A DNA stretch of 64,000 nt, from positions 1 through 64,000 of the IMG/VR virus record IMGVR_UViG_3300032135_000003; one strand, written 5' to 3'. The position numbers and the translations under genes are program-made. Below, one piece after another: positions 54,141 to 64,000 of the stretch (positions are counted from its first letter, which is position 1; each line of letters starts with the position of its first letter). Source of the stretch: a virus. Taxonomy: Duplodnaviria; Caudoviricetes. The notes below the pieces were generated by a model that was not told the origin of the DNA, searched no databases, and saw only the letters and a list, made by a program, of their open reading frames with translations.

Positions 54141-55097
54141 ATGATTACATCAATTAAACCCGCAGAAAATTTTAAAGTTGTAGTAAACGGCTTTGAGATA
54201 GAATCTGGAAAAATATATCAAGTTACCCCTAAGCCAGATGAGGATGCACCCGATGGTTTTAGAAAAGAAAGAACAACCAAAGTACTTTCACCAAGAATTA
54301 CTGAAAGTATAGGTTGTGTTAAAAATGCCCAAACAAATACTTGGGATACTGGGTTCTATGAGTACTCTCCTTGCTATAAGCACTTGCCTATGGATCAACG
54401 AGAAGAAATAGTAAAGAACATAGTAAAAAATATTAAAGAGCCTATTGAAAACCTCTACGGTGGAACTAATAAGCTAGACCAAAACAACGATGCGTTTTGG
54501 GACGAATACTCTTTTGAACTTAGAAACGGTGAGATTTTCAACACTGCCGAACCTAAGGAACTATTAAACCTTTATATGGCAATTCTACACAGAAGTTTAG
54601 CTCCTGTAAAAGATGCAAGCCACACTTCATATAGAGAAGCAAAGTATTGTGTTATTAACAAAGACGAAGTTATTAATAGAAAACTTTCCAAAGACCTTAA
54701 TTACAACAAAGCTATTGGGAACTTCTGGACACTATATGAAAATGATAAACCAAAACTTATTGATGTACTAGGTTACTTAGGATTGCATGCTACAGAAAGT
54801 ACAAATGAAGCTACTCTAAACAATATTGTAAGTAATTACCTAAAGAATAAACAATCTGGAGACCAAAATGTTGAAATCTTCTTAGACACTTTCAAAAAAG
54901 CAAAAACAGAAGAAGGAAAGGCAGAAATTAAACTCTACGGAAACTTAAAAGATTTGGCTAAAAAAGGAGTCATTATTAAAGAAGGAACAGATTATATGTT
55001 AGCTGGTAAACCTATTGGTTCCACTTTCAAAATCGCTGCTTCGGTTGTAGCAAAAGACCAAGAACTTCAAGAGGCAGTAATCACTGCACTAGACTAA
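54141..55097 (+). CDS. Conserved protein of the capsid block, function unknown
   Basis: 318-aa ORF in the structural module. Confidence 0.6.
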   Translation: MITSIKPAENFKVVVNGFEIESGKIYQVTPKPDEDAPDGFRKERTTKVLSPRITESIGCVKNAQTNTWDTGFYEYSPCYKHLPMDQREEIVKNIVKNIKEPIENLYGGTNKLDQNNDAFWDEYSFELRNGEIFNTAEPKELLNLYMAILHRSLAPVKDASHTSYREAKYCVINKDEVINRKLSKDLNYNKAIGNFWTLYENDKPKLIDVLGYLGLHATESTNEATLNNIVSNYLKNKQSGDQNVEIFLDTFKKAKTEEGKAEIKLYGNLKDLAKKGVIIKEGTDYMLAGKPIGSTFKIAASVVAKDQELQEAVITALD

Positions 55098-55103
55098 AAA
55101 AGA

Positions 55104-55769
55104 ATGACAGCAAGCAGAGCTTACGAGAAGTATTTACTGAAAACACAGGAGAACGGTACGAATGATAACCTACCTGTATCAAAAGACTACTTTAAGGCTT
55201 TGTTCAACGAAGCACAAAACAAGTATGTTGAGTGGCATTTGGAGAAAAGAAATACTGATGACAGGCGAAATATTCAAGTGTTATTGGTTGCTGACAAACT
55301 GATAGAGGATTCAGTCGTAGTATTAAATCACTCAGACTTTACCCTACCAGCTGATTACTTTGACTTTTCAAATGCCTATTGCTTTGGCTCAAAAGGAACC
55401 TGTTTAAATAAAAGAATAGATTTATTTGAGATAAAAGATGAAAATCTAAATGAGTTAATTACAGACGAGTTTAATAAACCGTCTTTTGAATATAGAGAGA
55501 GTTTATACCAATTAATAGGAGATAAGCTTTTAGTTTACACAGACAACTTCACAGTGGATAAGCTCGCAATATCTTACTATAGATATCCACAACAACTTCA
55601 ATTAATAGATCCGTTAAATCCCGAAAGCAAATTAGATGATACAAAAAATCCTGAATTTGAGGATAGAGTAGTAGACAGAATAATATCTATAGCAGCAGGA
55701 GACTTCGATTTAAACGGAAATAATCCACGTACACAACTTCAAAAACAAAGAGTAATATCTAAAATTTAA
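55104..55769 (+). CDS. Head-tail adaptor/ring-like protein
   Basis: LFNEAQ...LPADY...YYRYP pattern and size typical of crAss-like ring proteins. Confidence 0.6.
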   Translation: MTASRAYEKYLLKTQENGTNDNLPVSKDYFKALFNEAQNKYVEWHLEKRNTDDRRNIQVLLVADKLIEDSVVVLNHSDFTLPADYFDFSNAYCFGSKGTCLNKRIDLFEIKDENLNELITDEFNKPSFEYRESLYQLIGDKLLVYTDNFTVDKLAISYYRYPQQLQLIDPLNPESKLDDTKNPEFEDRVVDRIISIAAGDFDLNGNNPRTQLQKQRVISKI

Positions 55770-55813
55770 TCAATTCAATTTTTAATAATCAACAACAATT
55801 AAATTAAACACTT

Positions 55814-57619
55814 ATGGCATCAAACAAACCGTGGGATAGACATTTAGTTACCAATGAGGGTTTAGTAATGACTGATAGTCATTCTACCCGTCTTGCAAAA
55901 GGACAAATTGGTATCTTTGACATGTCCCAAGAGAATCAAACAAGACTGGGAAACCCAGCAGTATCTACTTTTGCGGGAGCCCCTGCAAACAGGAAATTCG
56001 AGATTAAGTTAGGTATCCATGATATCTCTCCAAGTAGGTCTCAATCTAACAAGTCAATGGCTACTATTCCTTTCACTCTTGGTGGAGTAAAGAGAGTGGC
56101 TGTATCTGCACCTACTCAAATGACAAACATTACTGACGAGTGGTTGGTAGGTTTCGATGGTAGAGCTGGTACTGAATTAGTATTCAATGCAGGAGAAACT
56201 ACTGAGTTAAGTGTTCTTCTTAAAGGAGAAGCAATGGGTATCTTAGGGTACACTAATGCAGAAGCTCTTTTTCACTTGCAATTCACTGCACCGCAAGCTA
56301 TAGCTGATGTAAACAATGAAAAAATTGTTACCGAGGCTGTTAAGGCTTTCAAACGTGAAGAGTTTATAGGACAATATCCTGTAACTGAACTTCTTGATAT
56401 CACCACTATCAACAGTGAGAATGTAGCCCTTGTAGGAACAAATCATGATTTACAAGAACTTTCTATTCAAGATGAAGGTGGAAGTTCCGACTTAGCTTTA
56501 GTTCAAGCTCAATATCCTGCTTATGATGTTAAGAAAACTAATAGAGAAGGTAATATCTCAACTTACACCGCACTTGCAAAATCAGGTTTAGTAGGTGTAG
56601 TAGGTGGTAGCTTTGTAATAGGTCAAGAGTATGAGATTGTTACTATTGGAACTACAGATTTTACTGCTATTGGTGCATCTGAAAATACAATAGGAGTTAA
56701 ATTTGTTGCAACTGGCATTGGAGCAGGGACAGGAACTGCCGATGAAGTGGAACTAGGAGATTTTTCTCAGGATGTTAATGGAACAATTATCTTAACTGAC
56801 TGGACTGTTATAGCAACTGGTAAAGCCTCAACTGAAGCTTATACTATTAGACTAGCAGATGACGCTGGAAACACTTCAAGACTTGCTGAATTGCAAGCTG
56901 CGTATCCTGATCTTACTATTGCTGAGGTAGCTGACACTTGGTCTCCTGCACTTTGCCAAAGAGATTATTCAACTACTGTTGTTACTAATGTAGTATTTGA
57001 AGAATGTTCTCCAGAGTTCAATGACTTGTTTGAGTCAGAAGCACCAGCACCTTATGATTTCATAGAGTGGGAAACTGCTGAACCAGTTTATAGTGCAACA
57101 GCTAAAATGGGTATTAGGTTTAAAGTAAAAGAAACAGTTCTTGCTGCAAACAGTGAAGCTTTAAGACACCAATTTCCTTTCTACAATACTTCTGCTAGAT
57201 TAGAAGTATCAGGTGGATATCCAATTGATGTAAATGAGAGTTTCGCACGTTACACTGGTGGAATCTTTAATATCAAACTTATTTCCAGAGCCCAAGAGCG
57301 TTCTAACTTAGGTGGGAACCTTCAAGACTGGGAAACAAGGGGAGATTACTACTTTACTAGGGAAAATGCACATAAAGACAACCTTTATGCTCGTCACATC
57401 TACGGTAGAGAAAGCGACTTGGATGAACTTGTTCAATATGTAGATTACATAATTGAAGTAAGCAGAACCAAATTTGCTCAAGGTTTCAATGACACTCAGT
57501 CAGAAACTATCATCTATCACATCCTTGCACCAGTAGGGAAGAACGATGCAGTGGAATCTATTGTAAATGTTCTTGCTGTTGCAGCAGGTTTGGATGCAGT
57601 AGAGGCATACCCAGCATAA
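55814..57619 (+). CDS. Abundant virion structural protein (auxiliary capsid or tail; unresolved)
   Basis: 601 aa, Ala/Thr/Gly-rich, followed by a terminator. Confidence 0.6.
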   Translation: MASNKPWDRHLVTNEGLVMTDSHSTRLAKGQIGIFDMSQENQTRLGNPAVSTFAGAPANRKFEIKLGIHDISPSRSQSNKSMATIPFTLGGVKRVAVSAPTQMTNITDEWLVGFDGRAGTELVFNAGETTELSVLLKGEAMGILGYTNAEALFHLQFTAPQAIADVNNEKIVTEAVKAFKREEFIGQYPVTELLDITTINSENVALVGTNHDLQELSIQDEGGSSDLALVQAQYPAYDVKKTNREGNISTYTALAKSGLVGVVGGSFVIGQEYEIVTIGTTDFTAIGASENTIGVKFVATGIGAGTGTADEVELGDFSQDVNGTIILTDWTVIATGKASTEAYTIRLADDAGNTSRLAELQAAYPDLTIAEVADTWSPALCQRDYSTTVVTNVVFEECSPEFNDLFESEAPAPYDFIEWETAEPVYSATAKMGIRFKVKETVLAANSEALRHQFPFYNTSARLEVSGGYPIDVNESFARYTGGIFNIKLISRAQERSNLGGNLQDWETRGDYYFTRENAHKDNLYARHIYGRESDLDELVQYVDYIIEVSRTKFAQGFNDTQSETIIYHILAPVGKNDAVESIVNVLAVAAGLDAVEAYPA

Positions 57620-57645
57620 TTTAATCAATCAATTAACTAAAAGAG

Positions 57646-57680
57646 AAGGGGAGTATTTTTAATAACTCCCCTTTATTTTT
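57646..57680 (+). terminator. Intrinsic terminator
   Basis: AAGGGGAGT-N10-ACTCCCCTT-TATTTTT. Confidence 0.7.
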
Positions 57681-57691
57681 AAGGAGGCAAA

Positions 57692-58303
57692 ATGAAAGAA
57701 ATTTTTACTACGTTTCTACACAGTTTTACGTACAAAAAAGGTTCTATAGTTGCTCTCAGTATCCCTACCAGTTTTGGAATAGAAGTATTTGTTAGGGGAG
57801 AAAGTTTTTTTGGTATTAGTTTAGGGTTAGTCTTAGTTCTTTCCGTACTTATTACTATTGATTTTGTTACAGGCTTAGCAGCCGCCAAAATCAAAAATAT
57901 ACCAGTAGAGTCAAAGCTTTTAGCCAAGACTTTTTATAAGTGCCTTGTTATCTTTTTGTTTTTTTGGGTATTATTCGAGGTAAATCTTGAAGTAGCCGAT
58001 AACATAAAAGAAGATAACAAACCAATATCAAATTTTGTTTATCAGAATGCAGGAGCTTTTATAGCTTTTATACGAACATTTATGTTCATCTTAATCACTT
58101 TTAGGGAGTGGATAAGTATAGGAGAAAACTCTGAAAAAATTGTTGGGCAAAAGTATTACATTTTCTCAGTTACTGAAAAACTATTTGGAGTTATAGAAAG
58201 AAAATTTATGACTAAGATAGAGAGAGAACTTGATGACTTTGGAGTAATAAATAGAACTGAAGAAGAAGAGGAAACACCAACACCCAGGAGAAGAAGGAGA
58301 TGA
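57692..58303 (+). CDS. Holin (phage holin 4_1-like)
   Basis: Several TM helices, DFVTGL...REWISIGEN, basic tail, overlaps the endolysin start. Confidence 0.8.
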   Translation: MKEIFTTFLHSFTYKKGSIVALSIPTSFGIEVFVRGESFFGISLGLVLVLSVLITIDFVTGLAAAKIKNIPVESKLLAKTFYKCLVIFLFFWVLFEVNLEVADNIKEDNKPISNFVYQNAGAFIAFIRTFMFILITFREWISIGENSEKIVGQKYYIFSVTEKLFGVIERKFMTKIERELDDFGVINRTEEEEETPTPRRRRR

Positions 58304-58893
58304 AAAAAAGATTAACAGATGAGGATTTTCAATGGGCTGCAAAAGAAATAGGTTGCAGTATAGCAGCTATTAGAGCAGTTGATGAAGTTGAAAGTAGAGG
58401 AGAAGGTTTTAATAAAGACGGCTCCCCTAAGATTTTATTTGAAGGTCATAAATTTCATAAATACACAGAAGGGAAGTTTACAGGAATAGAAGAATATAAA
58501 GATATTAGTTATACAAGGTGGACTAGAAAATGGTATGCAACAGGAGCTAATTCTGAAATAAGACAACAAAAAGAATACTTAAGGTTTGAAAGAGCTGCTA
58601 ATTTAGATGAAGCCGCAGCTATAAAATCTACAAGCTGGGGGAGGTATCAAATCATGGGCTTTAACTACAAGTTAGTTGGGTTTGATGATATATTTACTTT
58701 TTACTATACCATGGGTGATAATGAGTTAGAACACCTGATATCTTTTGTGGAATATATATTCAGCACAAATTTACAAAAAAGTCTTATTAACGAAGACTGG
58801 GAGACCTTCGCTAGACTTTATAACGGAAAAGCAAATGTAAGAATTTACGCTCCTAAAATGGAGAGAGCATTTAAAAAGCACAGCAATGTTTAG
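58300..58893 (+). CDS. Endolysin, N-acetylmuramidase (DUF3380 family)
   Basis: VESRG...PKILFEGH...STSWGRYQIMGFN...FARLYNG. Confidence 0.9.
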   Translation: MKKRLTDEDFQWAAKEIGCSIAAIRAVDEVESRGEGFNKDGSPKILFEGHKFHKYTEGKFTGIEEYKDISYTRWTRKWYATGANSEIRQQKEYLRFERAANLDEAAAIKSTSWGRYQIMGFNYKLVGFDDIFTFYYTMGDNELEHLISFVEYIFSTNLQKSLINEDWETFARLYNGKANVRIYAPKMERAFKKHSNV

Positions 58894-59611
58894 AACAATG
58901 AAACATGTACTGATAGCCGTAGGAACATTATTGATCCTACTGGCTTTTTTTAAATTAACTCAAAATTACTACAGAGAAGAGATAAGAGCTGAAAAACAAA
59001 AAACAAAAGTCCAATTATTAAGAAACAGCAAACTGGTCAAAGTTGCAGAAGGGCAATATGAAAAGTTGGTTGCAGATACACTTACAAAAAATCAACTCAA
59101 AAGGATAGTAGACAGTTTAAAAATAAAAGTAGATAATCCAGTAATAGTAGAAAGGGTTATCATAAAGTATAAAAATACTCAGACAGCTATTGAGGATGTG
59201 ACTGTGGAAGATAGTCTAGTACAAGTAGTAGATTATTATCCAAATAAAAGTAATCCTTATATAACTTACAGGTCTACAATAAACACACTTACAAAAAAAG
59301 GAAAAGGGGATTTTTCTTTTGGAAAACTTCCAATATCAGTAGTAGTAAGTGAAGAAGATGGTATTTATAAAGCAAGCTTAAAAGCCCCAGATTTTGTAGA
59401 GTTAGAGAACTTTGATTTTCAAGCTACGCCATTAGAGCCTGTAGAAAAAGATAATTGGGGTACACTTTTAGGAGCAGGGTATATTCAAAACTTCACTGAG
59501 AAAACACATGGCGTAGGAATAAGTGGTGGAATACGCTTTAAGAGAGTTTACGTTTTGGGAACAGTTCAAACAAATAGCACAGCAGGATTAACCTTATTAA
59601 TAGAATTTTAA
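58886..59611 (+). CDS. Putative spanin-like lysis accessory protein
   Basis: N-terminal TM segment, follows the endolysin, C-terminal amphipathic strands ending in Phe. Confidence 0.45.
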   Translation: MFRTMKHVLIAVGTLLILLAFFKLTQNYYREEIRAEKQKTKVQLLRNSKLVKVAEGQYEKLVADTLTKNQLKRIVDSLKIKVDNPVIVERVIIKYKNTQTAIEDVTVEDSLVQVVDYYPNKSNPYITYRSTINTLTKKGKGDFSFGKLPISVVVSEEDGIYKASLKAPDFVELENFDFQATPLEPVEKDNWGTLLGAGYIQNFTEKTHGVGISGGIRFKRVYVLGTVQTNSTAGLTLLIEF

Positions 59612-59613
59612 CT

Positions 59614-60108
59614 ATGGCTTTAGATTTTGAGATTATAAAAACAGACGACCCCAAAAAACTTATCATAAGTGACTCCTCAGATTGGACAGGTTTAGGCGTA
59701 GCACAAATAGAAATTCTACTCCCTGACTGCTTAACACCAGAGGTTTTAACCTTTAATAAAAACATAATTAATACTTTTTACTTTGCAGACTTAGCTTTAA
59801 CCGTTGAAGAACTGCCTGATGGTATGTACACTATTAATCTAAAAGACTTTGAAACCACTGTAAATTTGAGTAAAGATTACCTAAGGACAGCTAACCTAAG
59901 GTTGGAAATAGATAAACTGTATTTAAAGTGTTTTAATAAATATGATTTTATATCAGAATATTTTGTAGAGAGTATATCAAATATAAACCTTTATCTGGAA
60001 TCGGCTTATGCCAATGTAAGAAATGGAGACACAAAAAGAGCAGTTTCTTTTTACTTAAAAATAAGAGATAAAGTAGACAGTTTTTTAAGATGTAACACCT
60101 GTGTATAA
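59614..60108 (+). CDS. Hypothetical virion protein
   Basis: In-operon; LPDGMYTI motif. Confidence 0.55.
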   Translation: MALDFEIIKTDDPKKLIISDSSDWTGLGVAQIEILLPDCLTPEVLTFNKNIINTFYFADLALTVEELPDGMYTINLKDFETTVNLSKDYLRTANLRLEIDKLYLKCFNKYDFISEYFVESISNINLYLESAYANVRNGDTKRAVSFYLKIRDKVDSFLRCNTCV

Positions 60109-60356
60109 TGAGTGCACAAACTATAAACCCATTAGAAACAGAAAAACTACTTACAAAGATAGACACTACTTTAGTATCAATGGCAAATAGCCTTTATGTA
60201 AAAGAAAGATTTGACATAGGAGAAACTTATTGTCAATTTGATTTTGCAAAACTACTGCAATTAAGAAGATTAATTGAAAGTGAGGATACAATTATTCAGG
60301 AAGATGTCAAAGCTATTCAAGCCCTTTTAACCCGACTTCAAAACAACTACTTATAA
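60108..60356 (+). CDS. Hypothetical protein
   Basis: Translationally coupled ORF. Confidence 0.55.
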   Translation: MSAQTINPLETEKLLTKIDTTLVSMANSLYVKERFDIGETYCQFDFAKLLQLRRLIESEDTIIQEDVKAIQALLTRLQNNYL

Positions 60357-60357
60357 G

Positions 60358-61470
60358 ATGGCCTATAATGCAATAATAAACGATGAGGGAGCTTGTATCA
60401 CCCCTTCCTTAACAAAGGTAGAAGTTATAGGGAACACTATAAGAATAACTTTTACAGATGGTACTATAAAAGAAGATATTTTACCTATTGTAGACTACTC
60501 AGTAGCTATCTCTGGAAAAGCTCCTTTAGTGCATACACATTTATTAGCAAACATTACTGATTTTAATGGGGCTTTATATGCAACAGCAGCACAAGGAGCT
60601 AAAGCTGATTCTGCAATTCAAACTGGGGCTAATATTTCTGCATTTGTAAATGATGCTGGATATCTTATAAGTACAGACATAGCAAGTTTTTCTTCACACC
60701 TTATAGACTATGTTAACCCACATCGAGTAACAGCTACACAAGTAGGTTTAGGAAGCGTAAATAATACTGCGGATACAGCTAAGCCCGTATCTACATTACA
60801 ACAAACTGCCATAACAGGTGCTATCAATACAGCGAAGTCTTATACAAATTTAGTTGGTGCTACAAAAGTAGATAAAGTAACTGGGAGTAGGCTTATTACC
60901 ATTTTAGAGGGGGATAAACTGGCAAAATTTGATGAAGAGCACTATAGAGTACCAGTAGCAACTTTAGTAGCACTAACAGCTTTATTAGAGGTCAATCTTT
61001 TTGATAAAGAAAGAAGATATGTGGCTGCTGAGGGCAAGGATTATTTTTACGATGCACTAGCAACATCAGGAGATGCAGCACCAAACGATCAAACAGTAGG
61101 AATAGGATTTTGGAAAACTTCGGTAGCTACTGGAACCAGCAGTTATGAGTGGATACTCAGAACTGGGGGAGTTTTTAGAAAGACTGTTATTACTGGAACT
61201 ATAATAGATTTTAAAGCATCGGGACTTTTAAGTGTAACTTACACAGCAGAGGGAATAATTACCTATTCAACCACAGCTACTCAAAACTCTACAGATGCTA
61301 ATTTAAGAGATCGTACAACACACACTGGTACACAATCAATAAGTACAATCACAAATTTACAACAAACATTAGACACTCTTATTATACCTGTAGCAAACCA
61401 AACAGCGTATGATAATTTAGCATCAGCAGGAACTAACGTAGCAGGAGCTCTTTATTTAATCCCTTGTTAA
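60358..61470 (+). CDS. Tail fibre protein
   Basis: NPHRVTATQVGLGSVNNTAD-x-AKPVS, HTH and LRDRTTHTGTQ fibre motifs. Confidence 0.75.
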   Translation: MAYNAIINDEGACITPSLTKVEVIGNTIRITFTDGTIKEDILPIVDYSVAISGKAPLVHTHLLANITDFNGALYATAAQGAKADSAIQTGANISAFVNDAGYLISTDIASFSSHLIDYVNPHRVTATQVGLGSVNNTADTAKPVSTLQQTAITGAINTAKSYTNLVGATKVDKVTGSRLITILEGDKLAKFDEEHYRVPVATLVALTALLEVNLFDKERRYVAAEGKDYFYDALATSGDAAPNDQTVGIGFWKTSVATGTSSYEWILRTGGVFRKTVITGTIIDFKASGLLSVTYTAEGIITYSTTATQNSTDANLRDRTTHTGTQSISTITNLQQTLDTLIIPVANQTAYDNLASAGTNVAGALYLIPC

Positions 61471-61471
61471 T

Positions 61472-62428
61472 ATGGCCTTTATAATAGACAATACTGAATA
61501 TTGCAAAGCTTATATAGATGGAATAGAATATTGTGCTGGCTATATAGATGGAGTAAAAGTTTTTGGATGTGTAGTTGATACACCACCTACGGTTGTCGAC
61601 TCAGTAGCAAATTTAACAAGTAATATTTTCACGTTTTCAACTGCATCCTTTACCAATGGATTCGCAGATGCGGGTGGGGATAGTTTTGAGAGAGTATATA
61701 TTGAGGCTTTGCCTATTGTAGGAACTTTAAAATTATTTGGAAATCCTGTAACTGTAGGAACTAATTTCTTAGCAATAAACGCATCAGGACTAAAATTTCA
61801 TTTGGACGATAAATACTCAGTCTATAATTTTATAATATATGAGTATGAGAAAAGTGTAACCTTAATTGTAGCAGAAAAAAAAGACCTTGGGTATAATTTA
61901 ACTACTAATATTGATGGGCTTCTTACTTTCACTAATTCAACTAATTCATCAGATATTATATCTATCCAAGGAGTAACAAAGAACAGTTCTTTTATGACCA
62001 CCTCTTTTAGAATCACAGATGACAGTGTATTTAAAAGCCAAAGTAATTTAGCAGATCACAATTTAAATACTACAGCTACCAATATAAATATAAAAACGCA
62101 AAATCAATTACCTACTACTGGAGATAACACTATAGAACTATATTCAGTTAGTGATGCCAGAATATTAGAGACAGAGTTTTTTACCAATACTAATCCTGCA
62201 TACAATGACCCAGAAGGAGATCTACCTTATATATTAATAGTAAAAACAATACCTGATCCTATAACGGAAGGGACTCTATTTTTGAGAGGATATATAATTA
62301 AGCCAGAGGACAGGATTTATTTTGTAGAAGATATAGATACTCAAGAATTTAAATTTATTCCATCAGAAACATTAAATCAAGTCAATATTAGTTTTGATTT
62401 TGAAATAATAGACATAGCACACAAATGA
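61472..62428 (+). CDS. Ig/cadherin-like domain virion protein
   Basis: Two related beta modules (FADAGGDSFERVYIEALPIVGTL / YNDPEGDLPYILIVKTIP...GTL). Confidence 0.55.
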   Translation: MAFIIDNTEYCKAYIDGIEYCAGYIDGVKVFGCVVDTPPTVVDSVANLTSNIFTFSTASFTNGFADAGGDSFERVYIEALPIVGTLKLFGNPVTVGTNFLAINASGLKFHLDDKYSVYNFIIYEYEKSVTLIVAEKKDLGYNLTTNIDGLLTFTNSTNSSDIISIQGVTKNSSFMTTSFRITDDSVFKSQSNLADHNLNTTATNINIKTQNQLPTTGDNTIELYSVSDARILETEFFTNTNPAYNDPEGDLPYILIVKTIPDPITEGTLFLRGYIIKPEDRIYFVEDIDTQEFKFIPSETLNQVNISFDFEIIDIAHK

Positions 62429-62429
62429 T

Positions 62430-64000
62430 ATGGGAACATTAACAATGCAATTAGTGTCTCTTGCAGACAAAGTTGATAAAGGAGGAAATCTGATAGACAC
62501 TGGACAAACCTTACGTGATAGTATTGATTTAAAAGCAAACGATGCAGAGGTGGTAAAGATAGACGGAAGTGCAGCTATGACAGCTCCTTTGCGTTTTACT
62601 CCATTAACAGACCCTACAGCTCCTGTAATCACCAATATTGGAACGGCAGGAACTGGAGCAGTTGCGGAAGTAGATAGTTTAAATATAACAGCAGCCCCAA
62701 CAGCAGATGGAAATGTAGCTGTAGGATTAAACGGAGTTTCTGTTAATGTAGCTGTAACCATAGGTGCTGCGGAAGTTTCTTCATTAGTTATTACAGGAAC
62801 AGTTACTACCGCAGGAAGTGTAGATATTTCTTTAAATGGGGTAATAACTTCGGTAGCTGTAGCTTTAAATGATACCAATGTACAGGTTGCGGACAAAATA
62901 AGAGCAGCAGCTTTCACAGGCTGGACTACAGGAGGAACAGCCGCTACCGATACGGTTACTTTTACTTCAAATACAGTAGGAGTTAAAACAGACACAACGT
63001 ATGCTATAGGTACATCAGCAGGAGCTACGGGAGTAGTAACCACTACCACACAAGGAGTAGATGCTGATACAACTACTACTGTAGCTACTAAAATAAGAGG
63101 AACGGCATTTACTGGATGGACTACTTCGGGAACTGCTACAAATGTAATCTTTACATCGGATACGACAGGAGATAAAACAGATGCAACGTATTCGGCAGGA
63201 ACTACAGGAGCAACTGGAACAATAACTACCACCACACAAGGCAAGGCTGACACTACTGCAACTTATAATTACTATATAGTAGCGGAGGATTCTTTAGGAC
63301 GTAAAACCTTAGTATCTCCCGTAGGAAGTACCGCCACAGGAAATGCAACTTTAAGTGCTACTAATTATAATAAAATAGATTGGACGGCAGTAGTTGGAGC
63401 AGTTAAATATTACGTCTTAAAAGGTACTACAGGCACTTTATTAGGGATATCTACTACGAATACTTTAAATGACATAGGGCAAACCACTTCAATATTTACG
63501 CCACCTACTAGAAATACTACTGTATATGCTATAAATAATAACGAAGCAGTTGTTAAGGGGCAATTAGATTTAAAACAAGACTTAATAACCTACACCCCAG
63601 CCAATGATGCAGAGGTGGTGAAGAGCGTGACAGGTTCAGCAGTTGATAATACCGATTCACAGAATCCTATAGTTAATATTTCTATTGCCCCAGAACCAAC
63701 AGCAGGCCAAACAGTTGTATATAAAGATACTTATGCTGATTTCCCTACTACAGGATCGATAGATACGCTTTATGTAGATAATGAGAAAGGAGTTATATAT
63801 ACTTGGAACGTAGATCTTGCTGATTACCTAAAAGAAGGAGGAACACAAATACAAACTGATTGGAATGAAGGGGATAATACAAGTCCTGCTTATATAAGGA
63901 ATAAACCAAACATAAATGCAAGTTTTAAACCCTTAATAATAAGAGTTACTGTAGCTGCAAATACTACTATAGTACTTCCACTTGAAGAAGGCTTTGTATA
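62430..64000 (+). CDS. Large tail fibre/receptor-binding protein, truncated by the window end (absent from the ORF track)
   Basis: ATG at 62430 (MGTLTMQLVSLADKVDK...); Thr/Ala/Gly-rich with internal repeats; QTDWNEGDNTSPAYIRNKP motif; same frame open at the window end. Confidence 0.8.
   Translation, partial: MGTLTMQLVSLADKVDKGGNLIDTGQTLRDSIDLKANDAEVVKIDGSAAMTAPLRFTPLTDPTAPVITNIGTAGTGAVAEVDSLNITAAPTADGNVAVGLNGVSVNVAVTIGAAEVSSLVITGTVTTAGSVDISLNGVITSVAVALNDTNVQVADKIRAAAFTGWTTGGTAATDTVTFTSNTVGVKTDTTYAIGTSAGATGVVTTTTQGVDADTTTTVATKIRGTAFTGWTTSGTATNVIFTSDTTGDKTDATYSAGTTGATGTITTTTQGKADTTATYNYYIVAEDSLGRKTLVSPVGSTATGNATLSATNYNKIDWTAVVGAVKYYVLKGTTGTLLGISTTNTLNDIGQTTSIFTPPTRNTTVYAINNNEAVVKGQLDLKQDLITYTPANDAEVVKSVTGSAVDNTDSQNPIVNISIAPEPTAGQTVVYKDTYADFPTTGSIDTLYVDNEKGVIYTWNVDLADYLKEGGTQIQTDWNEGDNTSPAYIRNKPNINASFKPLIIRVTVAANTTIVLPLEEGFV

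Noticed and set aside
62372-63253. 293-aa minus-strand ORF (and 63015..63239)
   Set aside because: Antisense shadow of the plus-strand fibre gene starting at 62430

Overview
AT-rich segment of a large tailed phage of Bacteroidota, probably infecting a Flavobacteriaceae host. The evidence is TAnnTTTG -7 promoter elements, A-rich leaders without Shine-Dalgarno sites, and a crAss-like terminase/portal/capsid block. The minus strand (1-41.4 kb) holds a promoter-dense cluster of small putative early genes (1-15.1 kb), an accessory region with attC-like cassette boundaries (16.7-20.1 kb), and middle genes. These include MazG-like, kinase-like, methyltransferase, SSB, PhoH, GIY-YIG nucleases, a Tad1-like sponge, a C1 peptidase, RecA, GroES and an SF2 helicase, followed by seven tRNAs. 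The plus strand (41.6-64 kb) holds terminase, portal, scaffold, major capsid, a homing endonuclease, lysis genes and tail fibres. Strongest finding: the tRNA operon is preceded by an unannotated 27-aa leader ORF. Its codons 3-15 specify only the six amino acids of the seven downstream tRNAs, and it is coupled to an antiterminator/terminator pair. This looks like a translation-coupled attenuator that would turn on phage tRNAs when the matching host tRNAs fail. Second: an 11-bp-period TTAAC-N6-TTAAC direct repeat lies at fixed activator-like offsets in 16 early promoters and at repressor-like positions in three late promoters. Protein calls rest on motifs recognised by eye; no database searches were run.
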